A stretch of DNA of 64,000 nt from Octopus sinensis (lineage: Eukaryota), in NCBI RefSeq assembly GCF_006345805.1, contig NC_042999.1, positions 149,854,001-149,918,000 of the forward strand, given 5' to 3'. How positions within the stretch are numbered: the first letter of the stretch is position 1; each line of letters starts with the position of its first letter. Of the stretch, positions 37,901-52,900 are shown piece by piece. The notes under the pieces are model-generated. The model saw only the letters and a program-made list of their open reading frames with translations. It ran no database searches and was not told the DNA's origin. The translations under genes and the position numbers were made by a program.

Positions 37901-40900
37901 AGAAGAGTGATATTAAACAAGGGAAATAATTACCAATATAAGCAGACTGGAGTGGTACACATCTTAAGATAAAATGCTTTGTTTTCTTAGAGCTGCCTAA
38001 AATGTTCCTATCCTTTTCTGATGAAGGTGTATCTAAGATCTGTGTGGTAACATTAGCTTGGAATGCACAAAACTTATCTTGTCGCTTCAGGCCATAGCCA
38101 TCGTTCAAATTTTTGTAATATCTAAAACAGAAACAAAATCAACAATGTCATAAATATAATTCCAAGTTTTTGAGTTAGATATTTCAAATATTAACATAAA
38201 TACAGTTGCATATTTAAGGTATTGGAAGGAAGGCTACTCCACTAAATGCATTTCATTTTTGAGCTTATCTCTAGATTCTGGCTTCAACTTCCACAGACTG
38301 ATTTTAATTTTCATCCCTATGACCAGTAATATCATGATCATTTTACATCCTCTTTCCATGCTGGTATGGGTTGGACAGGCTATGACAGTCTAAAACATTC
38401 CTTATTGGGAGCCACTGCTTCTCATTAATTGATTCTTTTACATGTCATTCAGTTTGGTTGCCATGGTCGGACATACTTCCAACTGCCAATCACTTTACAG
38501 AGTGCACTGGGTCCATTTACTTATGATACCGACACAAGACAGCATTAAAAGGACCTCACATTTTCCTCTGCTCATTTACCTATTATTTAACACTGTGTGC
38601 TGGATGCACTTTTATGGTATCAATCCTAGCGAGGTAGTCTTGCTCATCATTCACCTATAGCAGGTGCATGGCAGGTTCCATTGTAGGAACAACATAGGGT
38701 GTATCTTGAGCACAGTAAGAGTGAAGAATATGTTGACCAAAGAGAGAATAGGAGATGGTGTAATGAGAGCAGAAAGGGTATTGTGTGTGTGTGTGTGTAT
38801 GGAAGGTGATAGGAGTGGAAAAGCAGAGGGTGCTCCAATCTAGGGTGTGTGTATTTGCTCAGGTGACTTAAGAGGGAGAGCAAGATATCAGAAAGCCAGA
38901 ATAAGTGGGAGCATGGAAAGAGCAGGTGCTTGATGAGGAAGGCAGTGGTTGGCAATAGCTAGGTGAACAAAGTTAAGAGTGAACAACACAATAAAGGCAA
39001 GAGTAAGTGTTAAGTGACAACAGAGCTATCCCATGGGAGAGAGAATGCTGGCTGGTAGTCCCGCAAGGTAGAGTTAGAGTGTATGGCACTGTGGTTAATC
39101 AAGTGACTGCACTCCCCCCATATTATGTGAAACAGAGCCTAGTATTAAGAAAACAACATGGGTTGGTCAGTTGACACGGTCCAAATCAGAGAGTTACTGC
39201 TCCTAGATGGGTCAGAGGAATGCCTCTTGCCTGAATGGAAAATATGAAACTAAGAGGTCAGTAACTCCAAATAAGAACTGATTTGGATTGTGATGACCTA
39301 TCTAACTCATATCGGTATGGAAAGCAGATATAAAATGGCAATGATAACAATGGTGGCGAAAGCGGTGGTAGCAGTGATGAGAATATTCTTTCATTAGTTC
39401 TGAAGTAAAAGAAGTTTACATTAAGAAACCACAAACAAAGTTTTGGTCAACATAATGATAATTATAAATAATAATATATATATATACACACATATATATA
39501 CTTTAGCTAGTAATGAACGAATACTTTAAAAATTCTTAGAGAATCTGTAAATGTAAAATTTAGTATACCTGGTACAATTATTTATGGATGCTAAGTTCCA
39601 ACAACAACAACAACAATAATCTATTTTTCTAGAAATTTTAATCAGTAAATAAAAATGATTATTATTTAATTTAGAATTTGTTAATCCATTGACCTAATTT
39701 CTCAAAACAACCCATCGGCCCAGTCTGGAAGATCAGTTTAACTAATGAAGAACTGCTATCAATTCTTATTTAAAGAAATAAAATAATATAGGGTTATATA
39801 TATATTTTGAAGTGAAAGTAATTACCTGAGCCGGAAGTATATGGTATTTTCTTTTTGTTTGGCTATAAAAAGAAATGAACAGTTAGTATAATGTGAAGTC
39901 ATCAGAAATATTTTTTAGTGAAGGAAAACACTTAAAACTCATAAAATTAATTAGTATATTATGAAAAATTATTTTTAAACAGATTTTATGGCTAACTGAA
40001 TATAACATATTAAAAGATGAACACATTTTCTATAAAAGAAAGAGCTTTTAACGATGTGACTAAAGCAATATTTAATACACATTTCATACTATTAAAGAAA
40101 TCAGATAATGAATTGTTCACATCTTCATGTGTGTTTACATATGTATTTTATTAATGGAATTGGAAACAAAATAATGTTTTCAAAAACACTCATTTTATAA
40201 ACTAAATGAAATGGATATGTGAAAAGAAAATTCTGAAAAGGTGTATATTACAGACAAATAAAAAAAAAAAAAAATCTCACCTGCTCCACCAGAATCTGCA
40301 TATCGCTTGAATGTATTTTCATTTTTTGATAACATATTATTCACTGTTATAATATCTTTACGAGATGTGAAGCTAGTTAAAAGATGTCCACGCCAGCTAT
40401 CCTGAAACAGAAAAAGAAAAACAAAGTTAATTTCCTATGTAACTGATATGTTTACAAGAATTGATCTATATCAGTGGTTCTCAACCATTTTTCACCAGTG
40501 GATCCCTTTTTTTGCTATTTTATTCTGGTAGACCCCCATAGTCATTCAATGTTTAGAAACTAATTCAATAAATACTTCTTTCAAAATTTCTATTTTGTTT
40601 ATTCACTCAGTCACTTGTATAGGTTGAAGTATGTAAAATGTTAGAGAATAAAATCTAAATGTTTCTTGCAAAACATTACATGGACCCTACTAAGGATCCC
40701 CAATTAACTATTCTGCAAGTGTGAAGCCCCGAAAATCTTAGGATGGATTAATAGGAAGTGGTAGGTCAGAAGAAGGGTGTCTATGGTTGGATGCCATCTC
40801 ATGAAAAAAAAAAAAACACATTAAAAAAATATTCAATGAAACTTACTTTTGGATATCCAAGAAATTTCAGTAGAGAAGCATGTACTGAATCCACTCTGCA

Positions 40901-43900
40901 ATCCAAAGTCACAGCTAGAACAAAAGATCCCTAAGAGAGAAAAAAAGAACAAAAACAATTTAGCTGATTAGGTAAAATTGAGAAAGAGAAAGATCAATAG
41001 AAATTCTTAAAATCTTTTCCTTTTTAGGTAGGAAATATATATTTTTCCTTTAACTTGTTTCAGTCATAGGACTGCAGCACCATACTCAAGAACTGCCTTC
41101 AAGGGTTACTGGATCAACTTTAAACCCAGTCCTTTTTTTTTTGTATTTATGTCTGGTACCTACATTATCAGTCTCCTTTTGTTATTAGATGTAAACAAAC
41201 CAACACTGGTTGTCAAGCACTGTGGACACACACACACATACACAGTAGGTCTAAATGTGAAATCATGTAGTTGAGAAGACAACTTTTTAAACACAATGTC
41301 ATTCCTGCACTTTTATGCATATATATTTTGCTTGCTTCAGTCACTGGACTGCAGCCATGCTGGGGCATGCCATGTTCAAAACTGTCAAAGCATGGAATAA
41401 ACCACGCTTATTAGTTGTTAGGTAACACTAATTGCATCCTTCAGAAATTCCATGCTTTCTATGTCTATCCATCCTTTCTGTTTTGTAGCTCTTTTACTGT
41501 TCACTTTTCTAACATTATTCAGTACTACACATGCACTTTTGGCTTTCACTGTTGTCTTTCTTTATTTGACTTACTACTGCTTTCTATCCCGTCTTTTAAG
41601 CCTTTTCGGACAAGCTGTAGTGCACCTGAGCTTTGTATGCAATAAGCTCATTATTATTATCATCACTCAGAAAAATAAAACAAAGAAATTGAAAAGTAAG
41701 AAAAAACTTACTGGTCGTAGTTCTTCTTCAGCTTCTTTACTCACAGTACCAGTGCTACTGCAATGGTCAACACTATCAGTTGCACTATCTTCAAAGCTGA
41801 ATTTTGAATCATCTTTATTTTCTGGAAAAGGGAAAATAAATACATAAATAAATAATATAAATTACATGGTATTCCTGAAACTAAAAGCAACAAGCATGTA
41901 TCATGTTGAACATCTCAATTTGACATACATATACATAATACTTAATGAAATATATATATATATATATATATAGGCACAACCGGACCTGTTGTACAAATAC
42001 GTTCCTCCTGAAGACATCTATAATTTCACTAACTGCAGTTCTTCCTTTATACTGCTTCCCTTACTCTACAGAACCAATTCATCTGTTATCCATCCTTCAT
42101 CCATTACTACTGTTCTCTCCACCCACATTTTCATTGCTCTGCCTCCTGAGACACTAAATTCTCCTTCCTCCCTCACACCATACATATCTCTGTATTCCTG
42201 CCTCTCTCTTCCCCACCCACTTCTGCAACCCACCCAAACGCATGTATCTCTCTTGACATTCTCGCCCTTCTCTTATCATTTGTATCACTTTCACTATTCT
42301 GCTGCTCCATACTGCCAGTCATCTCCTACTCTCCCCACCTCCCTCAACTCTTGAATCACTGGTCATTCACCATTCACTACATCCACCCTTCAAACCTACC
42401 CAATCTTTACAGTGAGTTGCCTACCTACTGTCTCCTATTCCCAATCTCCCATACTCTCTTGTCGTCTCCATCCATCCAACACATTCCTAATGTTTTCAAT
42501 CACCAGAGTAACTTGGCATTTATTGAAGGATAGCTTCGGAAAACAAGCATAGAAATTTAGGACAAACTTATAGAAATGCTTTGGATAGGCAAAGCTTTAA
42601 ATGAAACAGAAGACAAAAACAGTTAGGTGATAAGAAACATGAGAACCAACCTTTTAACTTCTTCAACTTATCAATGACATGTTGAAGAGCAGACAAGGTG
42701 CCAGTCTTCTTTCCACGTCCTTTTGATGGAGGAAGCATAGATTTAATTTGTTGAATATACGCTTTAACTTTTTCTTTCTTGATTTGCCTAAATTCATTCC
42801 CGGTAACATGCATGCTACTGCAAAAGAGAAAACAGAAAAAAAAAGGGTAATCAAATTAGCCTTTGGTCAATGAAAGAGATTATTTTGATTAAAAAAAGCA
42901 AAAAAAACATTCATCTAATCTTTTTTTTTTTTTTTTACCTTCTACTTGTTTCAATCATTAAATGTGGCCATGCTGGGACACTACTTGGAAGGATTTTAAT
43001 CAAAGGAATTGACCCAAGTACATATATTTTAAGTTTGGGACTTATTCTGTTAGTTTCTTTACCCAAACAGCTAAATTATGGGACATAAACAAACCAACAT
43101 CAGTTATCAAGTAGTGGGGAGGGAAGGAAGGGCAAACACATATCAACATCACTTATATTCATGCATATATAATGCACTTCCATACAGTTTCCACTTATCA
43201 TATTCACTCACAAGGTAGTGATTGGCCCAGGGCTACAATAGAAGATACTTGCCAATGGTCCCAACACAGTAGAAATGAACACAAAACCATATAGTTGCAA
43301 AGCAGGCATCTTAAACCACACAGCCATGCCTGCACCTATATATGGATTCAACAGGTCCCTTCCCACTTTTTTGTTTTACTTGCTGGGTTTTTTGGTTGAG
43401 AGGAAGAGACAATGTTATGGTCTTTGTAGGCACTCATCAGTAAAATTGATGCCATTAATGATCCTCTTGAATCTTTCTCAATCAATGTCAAGAGAAAAGA
43501 CACGAACCAGTGTTGGTATATTCACATCCCTTTAACTTAGCAGTTTGGCAAAAGAGACTGATAGGACAAGTAGCAAGTCTTGAACAAAAAAGTTGATTAA
43601 TTTGACTAAAAATTCTTCAAGGTGGTGTCCCAGCATTGCCAGAGTCTAATGACTGAAACAAGTAAAAGATAAAAGATGTGAATGCAATACTAATTAAGAC
43701 TATCATTAGTACACACAACAGAGAAGTTAAACTGTAAATAAGAAAGTTCATTTAAGACATACCTGCAACCACTTGTTGATGGTTGGTCATCAGTAGTTTC
43801 ACTGCTTAGGGATATGCTTACACTACTAGAACTTCCCCTGAAAATAAAAACAAAAATGACACTTAAGAATATTGAATCACAAAATAATTTCATATTTAAT

Positions 43901-46900
43901 TTGGATGTAATAACATTTAACGTAAACGTTTAAGATTACTGGATCTGTAAAATGCAAACCCAGTTCCTTCATTAATGAATTTTCATTTAAATAAGTCAAT
44001 ATTGATAGCAAAAATATTAGTAAGCAATTTAAAAATGATTTATTACAAAAAAAAAAGAAATATAATGAACGATTCTAGTAATTCAGCTTAAATTTAATGC
44101 TTTCAGATATATTGATTTGATTGATTAATTTAGTTCTTAATTAAAAGCTGGCAGAACCTTCCCTCTCCAAGTTTACAGAACTGTAACTTCAGTAGTGAAC
44201 CTAAGCACATCATCAGAAGACCAAATTTTATCAGCTATATAGACATGGGTTTTAATCATTACTTTTATATAAAATAATTAAGCCTAAAAGTATCAAACCT
44301 ACAATACCTAAAAGTATCCTGATCAGATGCAATTAATCTACAGCACAAACTGTTTATTAAATTGTAACTTAGTATTTGCTATTATTTACATTGGATGAAG
44401 TTTGATAAAACAATTCTGTTAGAAATTATTATAACTGTGTATTGCAAATATAAGTTAGAATAAAAAAGGAATTTGTTTCAGTTGAAAATAAAATAGAAAA
44501 ATATTTTTTATGCTAAGTAAAACTGTGAGCATAAGGCCATTTTAGCAGAATTAATTCAGAGATGACATAACTTCAGAAAGAGAATACACAAACCCCTCAA
44601 GACAAAAAAAAAAAAAAAAAGCGACACAAGTTTGCCTATCACTGAGTCAGAAAATGATAGTTTCAATTCTTACAGAAGAGATTTGAAGTAAAAATAAGCT
44701 AGCGCCTTATAAATGTATATGTAGGCGCAGGTGTGGCTGTGTGGTAAGAAGCTTGCTTCCCAACCACATGGTTCCAGCTCAGTCCTGCTATGAGGCACCT
44801 TGGGCAAATGTCTTCTACTATAGCCTCGGGCCGACCAAAGCCTTGAGTGGATTTGGTTAACGGAGACTGAAAAAAGCCCATTGTATGTGTATATATATAT
44901 GTTTGTCCGTCAGTGTTTGTCCCCACCCCACCATTACTTGACAACCGATGTTGGTGTGTTTATGTTCCCTAAACTAGCGGTTCGGCAAAAGCGACCGATA
45001 GAATAAATACTAAGCTTACAAGGAATAAGTCCTGGGGTCGATTTGTTCAACTAAAGGCGGTGCTCCAGCATGGCTGCAGTCAAATGACTGAAACAAGCAA
45101 AAGAATAAAAGAATATACATAGATATTTTATTTATTCACACGCGCACGCAAAATCTATCTAGAAAACAAAGAACCACAACTCATGAATGTATAAATTGGA
45201 GTTACGTCCCATGTTTACAATAATTTTTTTTTTTTCTATAATTGATTTCATATATTGCAGTGGTTATCTTTTGGGTGATGCACGAAGATCAAATTATTAT
45301 TATTATTATTATATATATCGTACGGAAATTAAAAAAAAGAGTTTGAAAGTTACCCTTCCAATATTCAGTCATTGCATACCTTGTCTTAATAATGATACAC
45401 GAATATAATTTATGACTAAAACAACATCTCAACACCAGTCGCCTAACCCATGCTAGCATGGAAAAATGGACATTAAAAACGAACAAATGAACATGTGAGC
45501 AAACTATAAGTCTATATGCTATATTCATAAAATTAATGAATTTGATGGAGAATGTGAAATTAATCAGAGATTGACAAGCATTAAAAAAGATGGATAAAAT
45601 ACATTCAAACTAGTCTGGATGTTAGAACAGTGGTAAGAAGTAAGGTGATTAGTGGACAGAGATAAGTGAAATTAACAAGTAGTTCATGAAATGTGTAACA
45701 TTGCATTTGAATTTAACAACCTAACTAAATCTCCTAACAACATTCAGACACTAATCTCTTTGCAGTAGATTATATTCAAACTAATCTTTCCACAAGCTTA
45801 ATGTAATCCCACACTGACATCAACTTGTTTTCACTTTCATCAAATCTACAATAACTAAGACTATAATTCTAGATCTCAGACTTAATCAAATCAAGACTAT
45901 CATCATCATCATTCCCATTTAATGCCTGTTTTCCATGCTGGCATGGGTTGGATGGTTCAACAGAAGCTGGCAGCAAGAAAACTGCCCTTCCTAATGCCAA
46001 CCACTTCACAGAAGTTTTTTTTTTTTACATGGCATGAGCATCAATGAGATCACCAGGTTAACTTGCAAGTCAAAACAACCTCAATTCAGGTGAAGGTGTA
46101 CTATTGTGCCAGGTGATGAAAAGTTAAAGTATGATAGAGGGACAGAAACAAGTGTCTAGCAGTAAAGGAGATAAATAGTTACCGCGGTTGGAAAAGTGAG
46201 AGGAAAGAGAGAGAGAGAAGATAGTGGTAAAGATGTGTCAGGGTGAAACCACAAGTTACAGGGAGGTCAGTTTATTAATATTTCAGTTCTAGTGTCTATT
46301 GATCTACATTTGTATTCATGCACATTGATGCAACTGAGCAAGTTGTTTCAATCTACATGTTACTCTGTTTGACACTGGAGACTTAACACTGTCTGCAGCA
46401 TGTTTAAAAAAAGGCAGTGTTTCCTGCTACTATGAGACAGAATTTGAACTCCGAATGTAAAGAACATGAATAGATAATGCAAGGCATCTTGTCTTGAGAC
46501 TAAGAATTTCACTGCCTCTGGCTGGCAGTTATCAATCCTGGAAGAATGAAAAGCAAAATTGACCTCTACAAGATTTGAACTCAGAATGTCATTTCAAATA
46601 CTGCAAGTTACCTCCATCCTTAATATAAACTTAAATATAAGAGATTCCTTTGGAAACCTTAAATTTGTTAAGTATGTAAGAAGATTGAAAATGAACTGGA
46701 GTGTAAGTGGATTCTTTCCATAGAATTAAACTTGTCTATGGAAATCTTGAATTAGAAGAAAGAGGAATACTGTTGATCAGTAGGAAGTCTAGAGAGAAAT
46801 GATGAACCTCAATTTGTAGCTGTTTTTAAGCAATAAACCAAATAAGCTGATAATTAAGAGCATAATGCATTAATTCTATAAGCTAGCTCTGAAATATTAG

Positions 46901-49900
46901 TGATATGTCTCATCTATTGATTAACTTAATTATCAAAGCAATCTTGGTTGTGGTTTATAGCAACAGTGGCCAAACTGCAGCTCTCAAAGCTACCAAGTGT
47001 GACTCCTTAACATCCTACCGACTGGATTTTATAGTATAAAATATAATGAAGAAGACTCGATAAAAGCCTTCAACAAGCAGGCATTAATCAATCTACTTTA
47101 ACAAGTAAAACTATATCACAATATATTTTCTTATTTGTATTGAGTGTAAAATATCATGTGGCTTTTCTTATTAAACAAACTGACTACCCTTCGTTTATAG
47201 TATCTGAGATACAGAAGTGGTTCAAGATGAGCAACAATGAGAATAGATGATTAAACACTACAAACCATGTCAGTATAGAGAGAAGCATGAAATACAATAG
47301 TTATTTTATAGTTTATAAAGAGGTTGCAGAAAGTCTTGAGTTTCAAACACCATTGAAAGACATTACAAGAATAATCAAGTAGCATAAAAATGGATATATT
47401 ACAATGTATAATTAAAATATAATTTAAGAAATCCATCTTTTCAAAAAGTATTTCCTACTATATCTTTCGCTGTACAAAATGCACTGAACAAATTTTAAAA
47501 TAGCTTGGTGAAATTAAGGTAAATTAGTATTCACTGCAAACTCAATGATGACAAGAAGCCAAACAGATTTCTATGGAAATTGAAATAAAACAATTCAAAA
47601 TAGACAAAGCACTAAGAAAAGAAAATTTAATATTGTTTCTACTTTAAAAATGTGTAAATTGATCTAATGCAGATTGAATGAGAAATTAAAACGAAGATTA
47701 ATTATAAGAGAATTGGCATTTCTCATATTATATAACAGCCATCTTTTCACACTAGCAGAGTTAACAAGTCTTTCACATTGTTTTCTATGGTATCCATGGT
47801 TATTTTCCCGACACTTTTTTTTTATTATCAAACTTTCAACAATCGATTTAATATCATGTCCATACCACTCAAATATTCTAATTAATAATATATGATCTCT
47901 TTGCTCACTTAAAAACACATTCTAGCCTTTATGTCTAATATTACACTCTTGATTAGTGACATTTCCCTCTATCATCTTCACAAATGACAAACCATGTTTT
48001 CTCTATTCATATTTCCTTGAAAAACACCCACATGCTTTAGGACAAAAAGACTCTTCTAAATTCAAAAACAGAATAACTAAAGATTATTTAAGAAAAAAAA
48101 ACACAACTAATATCAGATAAAAGATGCATTTGACATTCACAGAACCTAGAATTTTTATATTAGCTTTTTTTTCTTCAAATCCTTAAAAAAATCAATCAGA
48201 GGAGGAAAAGCAAATTATTAAAGTGATTCAATTAATGTTCAGTTTGAACTTATGTAGGCTGATGTCTGCAGGAAAAATCAAAGTGAAAAAGAAATTCCAA
48301 ATGGTTGTAACTTTGGGGAAAATGAGACAGGAAATAAGACAGTGAAGGATATGGTTGGAAGAGACCACAGTATGAATGATAACAAAAGAGAAATAAGTGT
48401 ATTAGATGGGATTGAGTATTTTGTCAGCTCTCAAACTGGTCTGCTTTCTTTCATTTACATTTGTGTAGATGATATAGAAGAGAGGTAATATTAAGAAAAA
48501 TGAAAGCAGCTCATGTCTCTGGGAGACTCAGTGGAATAAGTAAAGATTTACAGTGCAAAAGCAAGATTGTGCATCTTCAATCAAAATTTCTTATTTATCT
48601 TAATACATCAGTGAAAGTAAGAATTAGTGAAAAACTGAACTAGGGAAACAGTCTTGGAAATATTTTAACATGGGATCACTCTAAAACTAAGAAATTAAAG
48701 ATTTCTGAATGACTTATAGAATCATATATAGTTCAAGTTTTGGGATTGGGAAAATGGGAGACTAGTAGATGAAGTGAAAGTGTATAAGTGGAAAACAAAA
48801 AGATGATCACCAAAACAATTTCTGAAAGAAATAAGAAAGAAAAAAACTTGCAAGAAGCCAAACATTTTGGAATCCAGACAATAATCAAACAAAAATAACT
48901 AGCTGAAAAGAAAAAAAAGGACTAGTGGAGAATAGTATGGGCTGTAGATACTGTCTGATGATGTCAGTAGAAAAGAACAGCATAAAGTTTATTTGGTCAA
49001 TAATAACTGGGTACTATAATCTCAATATTAACCTTTGAATAGGCTTGGAACATCAGTAACATACAAATGAATTTCTTAAAATTCTAGAGCAATGCAGATA
49101 ACTATATAACTTGGCAGTCATGGTAGTAGGGACTGATTATAGAAAATAGTTGAAAAGTAATGTTATAAGTGCTGTTATCCCTAAAAATTAGGTTAGCTAG
49201 ACAGCTGTGCAATCTATCTAGAATAATAAATGTACTGTTTACTGACTGGTTGGGTTGCAACTGTACTTTAAGTACACCCACACAGCAAGCAACACAATAC
49301 AGAGAAATGTTTGAAAAAAATTAAGAATACTACTCGCAAATTCATATTAAAAGCTTAAACCAATTTCCAGTTAGATTATTTTTACTTGATTACTATTTAA
49401 CCTTTAGTAAGGAGTACATAAAGATTTATATAACTTATTATATTAATTATAATTATAATAAAATCCAATGTTATATAACAATCTTTCACTGATACTAATT
49501 TGAAAACAATCTAATCAGATTTAAAAGTTTCTATGAACAAAGACTTAGTAGAAGCAATTCTATTTCTCAGAATGAGATGTTAGTAAATTTTGGATTCAGA
49601 ATTTTGCTTTACTTATAACTCCCTATTGTACAGACACATTTCTTTAATAAATTTTGTATGGAAAACTTTTCCATCCTTTACAATATAATTTTCATTACAT
49701 TCACTTCTTAATAATGACAAAATTATTTTTCTAAATTCTTTATTATTTTCAAAATAAATTGAAACAAAGGACAGTGTATTTCAACTGAGATATAGTAACA
49801 AAAAGGTTAATAATAATCTCTATATATATAAACGGCAAAATGATATTGCTGTTGATGTTGATGTACTACTTGACTCAACAGATCTCCTCAAGCATGGCAT

Positions 49901-52900
49901 GTCACCCTACGATCCAAGGTACTTTTGAGTGGACTGGTTATGTGACACTGGTGTAGGTTATGGCTGTGGACTCACTTTATTTGCCAAGTCTTCTCAGTCA
50001 CAGCATACCTCCAGAGGTCTCAGTCTTTTGTCATTGCCTCTGTGTGACCCAACGTTTGAAGCTCATGCTTCACCACCTCATCCCATGTCTTCCTAGGTCT
50101 CTCTCTACCCCGGATTCCTTCCACTGTTTGGGAGTGGCACTTCTTCACACTCTTTTTTCACATAATATGTTTACTTCCTCACATATATCCAATGCCTATT
50201 ATTTTATATTATATGTATGTTCGTCTCTAGCATCATTGTAATTGCTTTATAATTTGCCATAAAAAAATTAACTAAAAGAGTTGACAAACTAACTGAGAAA
50301 TTATAAAAAATGTACAACACTGACCACCTTCAGATTTCAAATTATGGCAAGAACTTTTGATTTCCTATGATTAACAGAATTAATTTTTAGATAGAATATT
50401 AAACAAATCTTTTTTTTTTTAATTATAATGAAATCTAATGTTTAGATATAAAGCAAAATATAACTTTATGTAAAAATAATTAACTTAAAATCATTTTGTT
50501 GTGTATATATTCATTTTTTTATCAATCATTGTCAATGATTCACAAATGTTATCCTAATCAAAAGCTTCAGTTTTCAGGTAAAAAGAAAAAAGAAGAGAAA
50601 AAAAGAGTAACCCGAGTTTTAAGTTTTTATCCCCTTTTTGAGATAATTTGCAGACTTCCAAATTGCTGATAATCTGAAGGACTACTGCAAATGTTATGCC
50701 AACCAAATTCTTTAATTTTTTTGGGAAGAAATATTAATGAAAGAGAATGCTGTGTGCTGAGTTGATGGTGGTTTTCATAACCAGCTGAGAAATTAATGAC
50801 ACATATCCTTTTACCAAGACTTTATAGTATCTATAGTCAAGACATTTAACTCCCAATGCTTGAGTCTGTTCACCAATTTTTAATTGAAACTATCACTGTA
50901 AGAAGTGGGAGGTATGGTAAAAGTCACAAACAAATCATGGGTTTGTGAAGTACTGAGCTTCATTTTTATCATGGAAAACATTCCCTTAATATTCAGAAGA
51001 CATTTGTCCGACATCCGTTTAACATGATATGCACTGGTCCAACAGATTGTAACGGTTTCTGGAAGGAATGACTAGGAGCTGAAGTTTTTATAATATAAAT
51101 GATTGCAAGTTGAACATATTCCATTTCATTCTAGGTAACCAAAATAAAATTTGTTTTTGCAACGGTTGAGTTCATACTACAAATAACTTTTAATAAGTCC
51201 CTTTTTGACCCGAAAACAAAGTTTGAAACTCTTGAAAGTGAAGAGAAGCATACATTTATTTGAATTCCAGAGCCACATCTTTGAAAACCAAGGAGCAATG
51301 TCCCTAAATTATTACATCTTTTTAAACTCTGAATATCTGTAGTTGGTTGTATCGTTAAACTGCAATCATTATTCGTAAAATTTAAAAGTGATTTCTGATA
51401 TTTTCTATTTTATACACAGAATAACTGTCTTCATTATATGTACTCAATGTCTTCTGAAAGTACCACATAAATGGGTTTTCACAAAGTAACTGTGGTATCT
51501 TGACCAGTGTATTTCCTTTAAACTTGCTCAAATTTATCCCAAATTCCATTGCCTAGTTCATTAAAAAGTATGAGTAATAGTGCTTTCTAAAAGGTAGAAG
51601 GCCTCACATTTGACAGATAGGCATATTTGATAAACTGAGCCCACAACACAATTGGTATTATTTTATCAACTTAAGCAGGATGAAAGGCAAACTCTACCTT
51701 GGTTAGACTTGAACTCAGAAAGCAAAGGGATGAAACTTAATCCCACAAGGGATTGTTCAATTTTACTTATTCTGCCAACCCACCACCGTTACGATACAAG
51801 TAATATTGACACTAAAATTCTAATGACAAAGTGGGCTATTTTTTAAGACACTGCATAGCTAGAATGGGAGCTAATTACAACTTACCTCACAGTATCTTCC
51901 ATATTTGTGAAGAGAAAGTAGATATGGACTTGGGATAACACAGATATAAGATCTTTAATAATAACTTAAGTAAATAGTTGAATTTCGTAGGTGCCAGAAT
52001 CAAACCAAGCAGGGAGACAGCTAAAAAAACTGAAAGAGAAAAAAAGTACCTTCAAGTTGTTGTTAAAGGCTAAAAGCATAGGTATAAAAAGACAATATGT
52101 GCTTCAAAATGAAAATCATTTCAAGCTATGAGGAAAAAAATACCAAAATTCTCAGCTGACATTCTCATATAGTTTCAATAACAAATATAATTTAATAAAT
52201 TGAATATTTTAAAACAAACAGAATTTTGTATAAAAGCAAATCCAAAATGCTCAAATCATATTAAACAAAATAAATATTCTATTCAAATTCACTTCAAGCT
52301 TTGACTAATTAACAGAGTAAGAAATTTATATTTCTATCTATTTTTTTATTTTTCATTCCATGTTCAGTTCAAATTTTACCTCTAAATTATGGAATTTTTA
52401 CATCCGAGTGTTTTTAAAAAAGTAACTTTGCATCTTAAACTTTCTCAGCTAATATACATTTCTTACAAATGCACAGATTAATTTCTAAATGTGGGAGGAT
52501 AGGGGATGAGACTATGTGATGTCCTTATTTTCAAGGGCATTAGAAGATAAATGAAATGAAATAGTTCCAACCAAGAATTTAAACCAAAATGCAGACTCAG
52601 CAGTGCTTAAGTTGCTTTATAAATGTAATATTAAGAATAATTTATTATCAAAGGGTTTATCACGAACTTAAGATTCATAAAAATAGCATGCCCAGTGTAC
52701 ACAAACTCTAATCATAATTACAACTTCATTAAAATGCTACATATCATTATCTATACTATAATAAAGCAAGTCTCTTATTAATTAGCTTAAAATATGTAAA
52801 TTTTACTAAAAGAAACCAATTATCAAAGTCTATATTGTCAAAGAAATTCTAATAAATTTCAATTTTAATATATTATAAAGGTTGCTTAATTATTTGCAAC

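Noticed and set aside
50466-50473. D-box-like TTATGTAA (also at 18300, 18972, 25387)
   Set aside because: An AT-rich 8-mer expected several times by chance at this base composition; no clustering.
50760-51560. Higher-complexity block in per intron 1 that might be a decayed transposase or hidden exon
   Set aside because: All frames I translated have stops and no recognisable motif; exons 1 and 2 join in phase without it.
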